From an uncultured Bacteroidales bacterium (lineage in GTDB: Bacteria; Bacteroidota; Bacteroidia; Bacteroidales; CAIWKO01): a stretch of 64,000 nt of DNA. A model generated the notes under the pieces. It was not told the DNA's origin and did not search any database. It saw only the letters and a program-made list of their open reading frames with translations. The position numbers and the translations under genes are program-made. Within the stretch, counting starts at the first letter, position 1; every line of letters starts with the position of its first letter. Location: assembly GCA_964469155.1 (NCBI GenBank), contig CAYXXU010000010.1, positions 306 through 64,305 of the forward strand, in the 5' to 3' direction. Of this stretch, positions 8,888 through 17,878 are shown one piece after another.

Positions 8888-10669
8888 ATGTCAGGAAAAA
8901 CCTATGCCGAAAAGATTTTGGGCGCCGATTGCGGCAGCATCGTTTTTAAAAAGCCCGATATTGTGCTTTCGCACGATAATACAGCCAGTATAAACTCGAC
9001 CTTTGCCAAGATGGGAGGCGAAAAAGTGGCCTTTCCCGATCAATTGCTTATAGTGTTGGATCATAATGCTCCGCCTACCAATGCCAAGCTGGCCAACGAT
9101 TACCAGAAGATACGCGACATCGTTGCCAAACAAGGTATCACCAAATTTCATGATGTGGGTAAGGGTATTTGCCACCAAATCATGTCGCTCTATGCCCGCC
9201 CCGATATGATAGTGGTGGGAAGCGACAGCCATACCTGCACGGCAGGTGCTTTCAATGCTTTTGCCGCGGGAATAGACCGCACCGAAACCGCCGGATTGTG
9301 GAAACAAGGCGAAACCTGGTTCCGCGTACCCGAGTCTGTAAAGGTTACCCTTACGGGGAAACTGAACCCGGGTGTATATGCCAAAGACATTGCCCTTTGG
9401 ATCATCGGTATGATGGGCAGCGACGGAGCCGATTATATGTCGATTGAATATCACGGCGAAGGAGTGAAGTGCCTGAGCATTTCCGACCGCATGACCATTG
9501 CCAACCTGGCTTCCGAAATGGGCGCCAAAAATGCTGTGTTCCCTGCCGACGAGATCTTGTGGGATTTCATTGGAAGCAAAACCGCCGGAACCTGGGCCGA
9601 TGCCGATGCACGCTATCTGAAAGAATTTACCATCGACCTCAACCAGTTGTTCCCGGTAGTGGCTGCTCCGCATCATGTGGATAATGTGAAAGCCGTTTCG
9701 GAGGTTCAGGGCACCAAACTCAACCAGGCTCTGATAGGTACCTGCACCAACGGACGCATTGAGGATATCCGCATTGCCACCGCCATTCTGAAAGGCAAAA
9801 AAATTCCCGAAGGTTTCCAACTGCTGGTAATTCCTGCATCGATGGAGATTTACAAACAAGCCATGCAGGAAGGCCTCGTTATCGATCTGCTGAATGCCGG
9901 CGCTAATTTCCTGTCGCCATCGTGTGGTCCCTGCCTGGGAACAGGGCAGGGGATACCCGCCGACGGTTATGTGGTGATCTCAACTGCCAACCGCAATTTT
10001 ATAGGCCGCATGGGCAACGAAAAAGCTGAAATATACCTGGCATCGCCCGCCACTGTGGCACATTCGGCGCTGAAAGGCGAGATTACCGACCCAAGAGGCA
10101 TTGCAGCCCACGATAAATTTCCCTTTGCCAAAGAACAAAGCCATACGCTGCAGGTGCAGCAAGGCGACGACCGCTACGATAAAGGCGTGTGGGGTTACGG
10201 CGATATCGACAATATGAATACCGACCAGATGTTTGCCGGTAATCTTACTTATAACATCAACAGCTCAGAAGGCGATAAAATTATGCCTTACCTTTTTAAA
10301 GGCGTTGACGAAAGCTTTGCCGAAAAGGTAAAAGCCGGAGATATCGTGATTGCCGGTTTGAACTTCGGTTGCGGAAGCTCGCGCGAGCATCCTGCCGTGG
10401 GATTATCTTTTGCCGGAGTGCAGGCAGTGATCTGCAAATCGGTGAACCGCATTTTTTACCGTTCGGCAGTGAACCAGGGATTGCCCATTTTGGTAGTTCC
10501 CGAAGCCGTTGCCAACTATAAAAAAGGCGACAGTGTGGAGGTTGATATGGCCAAAGGTACTATCACCATTGCCGGAAAAGCCTATACCTTCAATGCCCTG
10601 CCCGGAAAGCTGATGAATATTTTTTCGGCTAAGGGACTCGTTAATTATGTGAAAGAGGCGGGAAAATAG
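8888..10669 (+). CDS. aconitase-family dehydratase, fused large plus small subunit (3-isopropylmalate / homoaconitate dehydratase-like)
   Basis: 593 aa. The LeuC-like part carries the three cluster Cys motifs (GSDSHTC, GTCTNGR, SCGPCLG). The C-terminal ~170 aa is LeuD/swivel-like (GLNFGCGSSREHPAVGL). No other leu genes are adjacent. Confidence 0.85.
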   Translation: MSGKTYAEKILGADCGSIVFKKPDIVLSHDNTASINSTFAKMGGEKVAFPDQLLIVLDHNAPPTNAKLANDYQKIRDIVAKQGITKFHDVGKGICHQIMSLYARPDMIVVGSDSHTCTAGAFNAFAAGIDRTETAGLWKQGETWFRVPESVKVTLTGKLNPGVYAKDIALWIIGMMGSDGADYMSIEYHGEGVKCLSISDRMTIANLASEMGAKNAVFPADEILWDFIGSKTAGTWADADARYLKEFTIDLNQLFPVVAAPHHVDNVKAVSEVQGTKLNQALIGTCTNGRIEDIRIATAILKGKKIPEGFQLLVIPASMEIYKQAMQEGLVIDLLNAGANFLSPSCGPCLGTGQGIPADGYVVISTANRNFIGRMGNEKAEIYLASPATVAHSALKGEITDPRGIAAHDKFPFAKEQSHTLQVQQGDDRYDKGVWGYGDIDNMNTDQMFAGNLTYNINSSEGDKIMPYLFKGVDESFAEKVKAGDIVIAGLNFGCGSSREHPAVGLSFAGVQAVICKSVNRIFYRSAVNQGLPILVVPEAVANYKKGDSVEVDMAKGTITIAGKAYTFNALPGKLMNIFSAKGLVNYVKEAGK

Positions 10670-10709
10670 GTAGATAGTATCTGGTATATAGTATCTGGTA
10701 TATGGAAAA

Positions 10710-10737
10710 AGGCTCGCAGGGATGAGGGCCTTTTTTT
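10710..10737 (+). terminator. probable Rho-independent terminator (imperfect stem)
   Basis: AGGCTCGCAGGGATGAGGGCCT is followed by TTTTTTT, about 40 nt after the stop at 10669. The stem has a bulge. Confidence 0.45.
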
Positions 10738-10857
10738 ATTTAAGAATTCAGAAGTATGAAGTCAGAATTGAATTGAAGTAAACACAGTCAGCTCAATCTC
10801 CTACTTTATTTTCAAATTTCCTGATTAACTCAATTTTCAAATTTTCCTCATAACTCC

Positions 10858-11613
10858 CTACCCTATAAACACCCCCCACATTCCTGTCCAGGGGCCGTTT
10901 ATAGAGGGGTGTTTGGTATTGATCCAACGGGCAAAGAATTGCATTTGATAGCCCTGGTATTTTGCACCCATTTCGGCAATGAACGATGCCCTGGTACTTA
11001 TTATTTTGGTAGTGTTGTCGTCCGGTCCTATTATAGAAGGCATGGGGAGTTCTTTCCCGTCGGGCGAAAACTGATGGGGTAAAATCATTCGGTAAGCTAT
11101 TTCCACGGCATCGGCACGGGGTGGTTTGCAGGCTCTTTTGCTCTCGTTCATATAATGACAACTGACCTTAATACGTCCCGTTCCAATAATGGTGACGACA
11201 GCGACACATTTCTCGGCTATTGGCGCTGTTGGCCTCGAGCGTTTGGTAACAGGGTTTGCAATGTTAAGGGTATCGCGATCACCATTGGTAATATTCGGAC
11301 TATAAGCTATTCGCATCAATATCGGCCGGAAAAAAGCCGAAAAATCACTCATCACCTGCAATACGTTTTGGCGGGTCACCGCGGTTTTTTTATCCTTATG
11401 GCTGTGCAGGTCCCACACTCCGGGATGCAAAGGATCGTCAGAGCTCCACACCTTTTTAAAGTGGTTGAGCGTAAGCAGTTCGGCGGCCGACATGCCCAGA
11501 ATTTCGCCCCTCATCAGCGTCTCTCCGGGTGCAATTGATTGCAGATATTCATTTGCTGTTATCAGATACCAATGAAAGGTTGCAAGCGTGGCTGGTATTC
11601 TTCTCTTTTGCAT
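10858..11613 (-). CDS. hypothetical protein (no signal peptide, no domain recognised)
   Basis: 251-aa ORF with ordinary amino-acid composition. The overlapping ORFs 10793-11161 (-) and 11155-11538 (+) look like shadows. Function unknown. Confidence 0.5.
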   Translation of the reverse strand: MQKRRIPATLATFHWYLITANEYLQSIAPGETLMRGEILGMSAAELLTLNHFKKVWSSDDPLHPGVWDLHSHKDKKTAVTRQNVLQVMSDFSAFFRPILMRIAYSPNITNGDRDTLNIANPVTKRSRPTAPIAEKCVAVVTIIGTGRIKVSCHYMNESKRACKPPRADAVEIAYRMILPHQFSPDGKELPMPSIIGPDDNTTKIISTRASFIAEMGAKYQGYQMQFFARWINTKHPSINGPWTGMWGVFIG

Positions 11614-11807
11614 GATCGTTGTCTTAAAAGTTCATTATACTTTCAATAATATGGAAAATATACCGGCAATTTCGACTCATATTCGCCAGAAGTTGCATGA
11701 CATTTTCTGTGTTTTCGGCATCATTTTCTGTCGTTCTGAAGATGCCATTACAAAGTTAAAAAATGTTTTCCGAACTTTACGCTATATTGTGATAAAATAT
11801 TTCTACG

Positions 11808-11954
11808 TAGTTATAAATACCTACTAAACAGAAATTAAAAATAACCATTTAGAAATAATTAAAAACAATTTAGAATATACTTAAAACTAAACAGAAATAA
11901 ATAAAAACTACGTAGTAAATAGTAAAAACAAGATAGAAATAATTAGTAACACTC
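11808..11954. repeat. 21-bp tandem array, 7 units, AT-rich
   Basis: The register is exact: TAGTTATAAATACCTACTAAA / CAGAAATTAAAAATAACCATT / TAGAAATAATTAAAAACAATT / TAGAATATACTTAAAACTAAA / CAGAAATAAATAAAAACTACG / TAGTAAATAGTAAAAACAAGA / TAGAAATAATTAGTAACACTC. Confidence 0.8.
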
Positions 11955-12166
11955 TTATTTATGGTCAGAATTGCAGATTCAATAACTGAAATAACACTCT
12001 ATAAAAGTGCAATAATGCAATTGAAAATTAAGAGGATACTATCAGGAATTCTGGAATTACTATAAAGAATCCATAAAGTACTTCCCATAATTGGAATGAT
12101 AATTTTTTAAGTGTAGAAAGTAAAGGTGAGGTTTGTTAGAAGCGATTCTTTAGTTGTTAAAGTCAA

Positions 12167-12628
12167 CTAACGATTAAACAATTCCTCAATCTTATTATAG
12201 CGATAATCGAAGATTGTTTTCAATTGTTTCTTTATGAATAGGGCATTGGCCATTCGTCCCAGAAAACCGAAGGGCGCTTTGTAGTGAACTATATCGGTCA
12301 TTTCAACCCCGCCTTCCACTTCTTTGATAAAATGCTGGTGATGCCACAAGGCGTAAGGCCCCACGCGTTGTTCATCCACAAAGTATTCTTTCAACTTCAC
12401 CTGGGTGATCTCGGTAACCCAGTACATTTTGATGCCTAACAGGGGCTTCACGTAATACTCGATGATCTGTCCGGCATACATATTTTCGGCATCAGCCTCC
12501 TGGCTGATAATATCGAATCCCATGTGCGGAGGGGTGATAAGCGCCAGATTTTTTGGCGAGCTGATAAACTTCCAAACGTTAGTAATATCGCTTTTGATAA
12601 ATTGTTTTGACTGAATGGTGTGAAGCAT
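12167..12628 (-). CDS. SRPBCC (START/Bet v1-like) ligand-binding family protein
   Basis: 153 aa. The sequence pattern (VWKFISSPKNLALITPP ... VDEQRVGPYALWHHQHFI ... APFGFLGRMAN) matches what I recognise as the COG4276-type SRPBCC family. Confidence 0.7.
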   Translation of the reverse strand: MLHTIQSKQFIKSDITNVWKFISSPKNLALITPPHMGFDIISQEADAENMYAGQIIEYYVKPLLGIKMYWVTEITQVKLKEYFVDEQRVGPYALWHHQHFIKEVEGGVEMTDIVHYKAPFGFLGRMANALFIKKQLKTIFDYRYNKIEELFNR

Positions 12629-12686
12629 TTTTGAGGGAATATGGTTAAATTGCTGAATGGTTAAATTGTTATCAGAATTGGTTAAT

Positions 12687-12721
12687 GGCTATTGGCTTTT
12701 GGTTCGTGGCTTCTGGCTGAT
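12687..12721. repeat. phase-exact heptamer tract GGCTNNT x5
   Basis: GGCTATT GGCTTTT GGTTCGT GGCTTCT GGCTGAT. The same word family recurs at 47667-47694. Confidence 0.75.
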
Positions 12722-12750
12722 CCAATCACCAATTTCCAATACGGGACCAC

Positions 12751-12790
12751 TAATGACCATTAATGACAACTAATGACTATTAATGACCTT
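12751..12790. repeat. phase-exact decamer tract TAATGACNNN x4
   Basis: TAATGACCAT TAATGACAAC TAATGACTAT TAATGACCTT. The reverse-complement word (GTCATT) forms a second decamer tract at 25091-25150. Confidence 0.8.
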
Positions 12791-12832
12791 ATCCTAATAG
12801 TCTAAAAGCCTGAAGCCTAAAAGCCTCCTCCC
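12791..12832. repeat. CTAATAG / AAGCCT stutter directly abutting the EF-G stop codon
   Basis: ATCCTAATAGTCTAAAAGCCTGAAGCCTAAAAGCCTCCTCCC ends 1 nt before the stop at 12833-12835. It is related to the tracts at 39741-39776 and 50500-50540. Confidence 0.65.
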
Positions 12833-14914
12833 TTACTGCAACTTTTCCAGCCTCTTCTTTTCCGCTATTTTCTTCAGTTCTTCTTCCTGAATACCGCGGG
12901 GAACCGCTTCGTATTGATGAAACTCCATGCTGTAGTTGGCGCGACCGCTCGAAATATTTCTAAGTTGAGTAGCATACCCGAACATCTCCATCAAAGGCAC
13001 AAAAGCATTTACCTTTTGCGAACCTTTGCGGAAACGGCGCATGGCTTCAATCTGTCCGCGGCGACGGTTCAGGTTGCCTACTATTTCGCCAATATAATCG
13101 TCGGGAGTATTCACTTCCACTTTCATCACAGGTTCCAGTAAAATGGGGTTGGCTTTCAGGAAAGCAGCTTTGAAACACATAGACGCGCAGGTCTGGAAAG
13201 CCATATCCGACGAATCAACCGGGTGATAAGCGCCATCGAGTAAGGTGACCTTAACATCCACAATAGGAAATTCGGCTAAAATCCCTCTTTCAAGGGTTTT
13301 TCTGACACCTTTATCTACCGAACCGATAAACTCGTTGGGAATAGCACCGCCTTTAATTTTATCGACAAATTCGTAGCCTTTGCCCTCGTTAGGCTCAATG
13401 CGCAACACGGTGCGGGCAAACTGTCCCTTACCACCGCTTTGTTTGGCATATTTGAAATCGTTTTCCGATTCGAGCGTAATAGCTTCGCGGAAAGCCACCG
13501 AAGGCTGACCTACTATCACTTCCACATCAAACTCGCGACGCAGGCGGTCAATAATGATCTCGAGGTGAAGTTCGCCCATACCCGAAACAATGGTTTCGCT
13601 GGTTTCGTCGTCGTAGCGCATATTGAACGAAGGATCTTCGTTGGCCAGTTTGCGCAGCGATTCTATCATACGTTCCTGATCTTTGCGTTTGGCGGGGTTA
13701 ATCTTCAACTCAATCACAGTTGGAGGTATGTGAATATTTTCCAGATACAGCGGAAACTCCGGATCGCACAAGGTATCGCCGGTTTTGGTAAGTTTCATAC
13801 CTATCAGCGCCACAATATCACCGGGACCTGCTTCGTGCAGTTCTTCACGGTCTTTGGCGTGTATCTTCAGAATACGTCCGGCACGTTCATGTTTGTTTTT
13901 GGTCGAATTCAGCAACTGCATGCCGCTGGTAAGCGTTCCCGAATAAATACGGATAAAGGTCTGCTGACCCACAAACGGGTCGTGGATGAGCTTAAAAGCC
14001 AAAGCTGCGAAAGGTTCTTTGGCCGAAGGATTGCGCTGGCGGGTTTTTTCAGGATCGTCAACATCCATGCCTACCACGGCACCCACATCAATAGGCGAGG
14101 GAAGATAATCCACCACGGCATCGAGCAACATCTGAATACCTTTGTTCTTGTATGCGGCGCCGCAGAACACCGGTGTGATCAATAATTTCAGGGTAGCTTC
14201 GCGGGCTGCTTTCTTCAAAAGTTCGGCAGGCACTTCTTTTTCGTCGAAATACAGATTCATGATCTCTTCATTATAATCTGCCAGTTTTTCGACGAGATAA
14301 GTACGGGTTGCCTTTAATTTTTCGAGGTATTCCTCCGGAACCGGAGTTTCAATGCTGACCGCTTCCTGAAACGTATAGGCCTTTTGTTCTATTACATCAA
14401 TAATACCTTCAAAGCCTTCTTCGGCGCCAATAGGCAACTGAAAGGCGACGGCTTTGGCATCCAGATATTTGTTCATCATGCACACCACATCGTTAAAATC
14501 GGCACCCGTGCGGTCCATTTTATTTACAAAGGCAATGCGCGGCACTTTATAGCGTTCGGCCTGGTTCCATACGGTTTCGGTCTGTGGCTCCACGCCTCCC
14601 ACGGCACAAAATAAGGCGATCATACCATCAATAACCCGCAACGAACGTTCCACTTCAACGGTAAAATCAACGTGTCCCGGGGTGTCAATGATATTCACCT
14701 GCGAGCCTTTCCACTGACAGGTAATAGCCGCCGAAGCAATGGTAATGCCGCGTTCCTGCTCCTGTTTCATAAAATCCATGGTAGCTTGTCCATCGTGGAC
14801 TTCGCCGGTTTTGCGATTCACGCCTGTGAAAAAAAGAATGCGTTCGGTTACGGTTGTTTTTCCTGCATCTATATGTGCGGCTATGCCAATGTTTCTGAGT
14901 TTTGTTAAAGACAT
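12833..14914 (-). CDS. fusA: elongation factor G (stand-alone copy, not in an rpsL-rpsG-fusA context)
   Basis: 693 aa with GTPase motifs AHIDAGKTT (G1), DTPGHVDF (G3) and NKMD (G4). The length fits a five-domain EF-G. No ribosomal protein genes flank it, so it may be an EF-G2-type paralogue. Confidence 0.93.
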   Translation of the reverse strand: MSLTKLRNIGIAAHIDAGKTTVTERILFFTGVNRKTGEVHDGQATMDFMKQEQERGITIASAAITCQWKGSQVNIIDTPGHVDFTVEVERSLRVIDGMIALFCAVGGVEPQTETVWNQAERYKVPRIAFVNKMDRTGADFNDVVCMMNKYLDAKAVAFQLPIGAEEGFEGIIDVIEQKAYTFQEAVSIETPVPEEYLEKLKATRTYLVEKLADYNEEIMNLYFDEKEVPAELLKKAAREATLKLLITPVFCGAAYKNKGIQMLLDAVVDYLPSPIDVGAVVGMDVDDPEKTRQRNPSAKEPFAALAFKLIHDPFVGQQTFIRIYSGTLTSGMQLLNSTKNKHERAGRILKIHAKDREELHEAGPGDIVALIGMKLTKTGDTLCDPEFPLYLENIHIPPTVIELKINPAKRKDQERMIESLRKLANEDPSFNMRYDDETSETIVSGMGELHLEIIIDRLRREFDVEVIVGQPSVAFREAITLESENDFKYAKQSGGKGQFARTVLRIEPNEGKGYEFVDKIKGGAIPNEFIGSVDKGVRKTLERGILAEFPIVDVKVTLLDGAYHPVDSSDMAFQTCASMCFKAAFLKANPILLEPVMKVEVNTPDDYIGEIVGNLNRRRGQIEAMRRFRKGSQKVNAFVPLMEMFGYATQLRNISSGRANYSMEFHQYEAVPRGIQEEELKKIAEKKRLEKLQ

Positions 14915-15094
14915 TTTTTTATGTTTACTTTAAGATTTGATAATGAATTTCTGAGGTTTCACCATTTTGTCTCCTGAATTCTGAATTATTGATTTTGAAC
15001 TCCGGATTCTTCTTTTGCTACAGCAATAACGCTTTAGGTGAAAAAGCTCAAATTTTTTGCAAAGATAGGCATTTTATCCGAAAGGATTTCTATA

Positions 15095-16765
15095 TCAGGC
15101 AAAAAACAAAATCAGCATCTGCGCAATAATGATCCTTAAGAACATCACCAGAGGATACACTGTGGCATAAGCAATGGCAGGCGCCTCGGTTTGCGAAATA
15201 GAGTTTGCAAAAGCCAGGGCCGGAGGATCGGTCATGCTGCCCGACATCAGACCACACAATTCGAAGAAATTTCGTTTCAGAACAAATTTTGTGAAAATAC
15301 CGATCATCAGGATAGGAACCACGGTAATAATGGCTCCATAGGCCATCCATATGAATCCATCGCCCGAAACAAGGGTGGAAACAAAGCTTTCGCCTGCTTT
15401 TAATCCCACACTCGAAAGGAAAAGCACTATCCCGATCTCGCGCAGCATCATGTTGGCGCTGGGCGTAGTGTAAGAGATCAGTGAAAATTTATATCCGTAG
15501 CGGCTTAATAATATGGCCACTATCAAGGGGCCTCCGGCCATACCCAGTTTTATAGGGGTCGGTATTCCGTGTATGGCTAAAGGAATGCTTCCGAGAACCA
15601 CCCCAAGCATGATTCCGATAAAGATAGGAAAGAGGTTGGGCTCGTTGAGGCGTTTCAGCGAATCTCCAATAAGCTGGGCAGCATTATCAATGGATTTCTC
15701 ATCACCAACGATGGTAAGTTTGTCGCCTATTTGCAGCCTGATATCGGGTGTTGCAAGCAGTTCGATACCCGAACGTGCAATGCGTGTGATGTTAATATCA
15801 AAGCGGGTGCGCAGTTTCAGCGACCCTAAACTCTTGCCAATGATATGACGGTTGGTCACCAATACCTGTTTCGACATTAGTTTACCCGGGAAAGCACCCA
15901 GATCGAAAACGCTGGGTTTGCCAAGCAATTTCACCAGGTCGGGGATATCGCCTTGCTGGGCAACCAGCAGCACAATGTCGCCTTCTGAAAACCGGGTTTC
16001 AGAGTTTACGATTGAGTCGATACCATTGTGCAGTATTCTGGATATTACAGCATCATTTTTAAAATGCCGGGCAATTTCGCTGATGTTTTTATTGAAAATT
16101 TCAGGATTAGTAATAATGATACTGGTTTTTTGAGGCACGGCTTCCTGAGGATGCTGCAATTGTTCGTATTTTTCAGCTTCCCGGTTAATGTCCGTCTTAG
16201 AGATGGCCCGGATAATGAGCATAGAAAGGATAATACCAATTACCCCGAAAGGATAGGCTACGGCATAGCCCAGACCTATATTCGGGATATCTGCGCCATT
16301 GCTGCTGTCGGCAACCTGTTTCAAAGCCTGCTGGGCGGCACCTAATCCGGGTGTGTTTGTTACGGCCCCCGACATGATGCCTGCCATCATAGGCATGGAA
16401 ACTCCGGTGACGAAATGCAGCGCTATGGTGATTATTGCCCCCAGAAACACAATGCCCATAGCCAGCACATTGAGCGTCAGGCCTCCTTTTTTAAACGATG
16501 AGAAAAAACCCGGGCCTACCTGCAACCCTATGAAAAACACGAATAAAACAAGCCCGAAATCTTTAATAAAATCGAGTACATCGTGGTTGATACGAACACC
16601 CAGATGTCCTGCAAATATCCCTGTGAATAAAACAAAAGTAACTCCCAGCGAAATTTTGTAAACTTTTAATTTTCCAAGCAAAACGCCCGAAGCGATCACC
16701 AAACTATAGATCAATACCGTTTGTGCTATGGATTCTTTGAGAAACAGATCGGTGAACCAGTTCAT
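15095..16765 (-). CDS. YidE/YbjL-type putative transporter (aspartate:alanine exchanger family) with two RCK-C/TrkA-C domains
   Basis: 556 aa. Two hydrophobic multi-TM halves are separated by two soluble TrkA-C-like segments (ISRILHNGIDSIVNSETRFSEGDIVLLVAQ and ITRIARSGIELLATPDIRLQIGDKLTIVGD). Confidence 0.8.
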   Translation of the reverse strand: MNWFTDLFLKESIAQTVLIYSLVIASGVLLGKLKVYKISLGVTFVLFTGIFAGHLGVRINHDVLDFIKDFGLVLFVFFIGLQVGPGFFSSFKKGGLTLNVLAMGIVFLGAIITIALHFVTGVSMPMMAGIMSGAVTNTPGLGAAQQALKQVADSSNGADIPNIGLGYAVAYPFGVIGIILSMLIIRAISKTDINREAEKYEQLQHPQEAVPQKTSIIITNPEIFNKNISEIARHFKNDAVISRILHNGIDSIVNSETRFSEGDIVLLVAQQGDIPDLVKLLGKPSVFDLGAFPGKLMSKQVLVTNRHIIGKSLGSLKLRTRFDINITRIARSGIELLATPDIRLQIGDKLTIVGDEKSIDNAAQLIGDSLKRLNEPNLFPIFIGIMLGVVLGSIPLAIHGIPTPIKLGMAGGPLIVAILLSRYGYKFSLISYTTPSANMMLREIGIVLFLSSVGLKAGESFVSTLVSGDGFIWMAYGAIITVVPILMIGIFTKFVLKRNFFELCGLMSGSMTDPPALAFANSISQTEAPAIAYATVYPLVMFLRIIIAQMLILFFA

Positions 16766-16965
16766 TTAATTGTTATAAAAGCAGCAAAATTAGTTGAAAA
16801 TAATGTGCTTTTCAGGCTTAAGTCGAGTAATATTAATATCAGGTTAGCGAAATTTTCAACTGGGGCTGAAAGCTTATATTACCAGAGCTTTTAGTGATCA
16901 TTTTACTATTATGATGCTTAAGAGTGATTATCTGATGATAGAATTTATTTAAAAAAAACTGCAAA

Positions 16966-17739
16966 TTATTTCCCTTGCATACTCATAACTTGTTTTAGTA
17001 CTATTTTTAAAGGGGCAAATGGGATCAGCATTTTGATCAGGAACTTCATGGGTATATCAGTAATAATTTCTCTTTTCCCTTTCATCATGGCCTTATATCC
17101 TTTTTTTGCAACAGTTTGAGCCGAGGCCCCGTTTTTAAACAACTTCACTTCCTCCATGTTTGCTTTTTTAGCAAAGTTGGTAATAGTGGGTCCTGGACAG
17201 AGGCTGGTGACAGTAATGTTTGTGCCTGCAATTTCGGCAGCAATAGCATGACTCAGCGAAAGCACATAAGCCTTGGTGGCGAAGTAAACAGCTTGCAAAG
17301 GGCCGGGCATAAATGCCGCAACGGAAGCTACGTTCATGATCCTTCCTGAATTTCTGCTGATCATTTCCGGCAGAAAGTATCGTGTCAGCAGAGTAAGTGA
17401 TATAATATTCAGATCGATCATCTCAAGGTCTTCTTCAATATTTCTTTCATAGAATTTTCCGTAACCACCAAAACCTGCGTTGTTGATCAGGTAGTCAATC
17501 TGTATGTTTTCTGATTTGATCTCATCATATATTTCTTTAGGAGCCAGTCGCTGCGAAAGATCTTTTACAATAATTTTTACATTAATGCCATAAGTTTGCT
17601 CAAGTTCTGATTTCAATGCTTCCAGTATTTCCTGACGGCGGGCTACCAGCACCAGGTCGCCTTTGTTTTGAGCATGAATTATCGCAAGTTCTTTACCTAT
17701 GCCATTAGAGGCTCCTGTGATAAGCGCAGTATTATTCAT
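16966..17739 (-). CDS. short-chain dehydrogenase/reductase (SDR) family oxidoreductase
   Basis: 257 aa with the cofactor motif TGASNGIGK and catalytic YxxxK (YFATK). Confidence 0.85.
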   Translation of the reverse strand: MNNTALITGASNGIGKELAIIHAQNKGDLVLVARRQEILEALKSELEQTYGINVKIIVKDLSQRLAPKEIYDEIKSENIQIDYLINNAGFGGYGKFYERNIEEDLEMIDLNIISLTLLTRYFLPEMISRNSGRIMNVASVAAFMPGPLQAVYFATKAYVLSLSHAIAAEIAGTNITVTSLCPGPTITNFAKKANMEEVKLFKNGASAQTVAKKGYKAMMKGKREIITDIPMKFLIKMLIPFAPLKIVLKQVMSMQGK

Positions 17740-17878
17740 AGTAGGGGAATGGATAAATAATAATTCAAAAAGTTGTTTCAGACAAAGGTACTCAATGTTG
17801 AAGCATTTTTATGGAATAGTTTCCGGGAAATACTTACCGGTTCAATAGAAAAAATAACAAAAAACCTTTCCGGCGCAT

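Noticed and set aside
8891-9859. Long antisense ORFs inside well-supported genes: 8891-9859 (322 aa), 13439-14185 (248 aa), 5162-5713 (183 aa), 45360-45821 (153 aa), and the many 60-140-aa ORFs opposite uvrA, the TonB receptor, the kinases and the surface proteins
   Set aside because: They are shadow ORFs on the opposite strand of genes with clear family signatures. Their compositions are skewed (His/Arg/Gly/Phe-rich) and no motifs are present.
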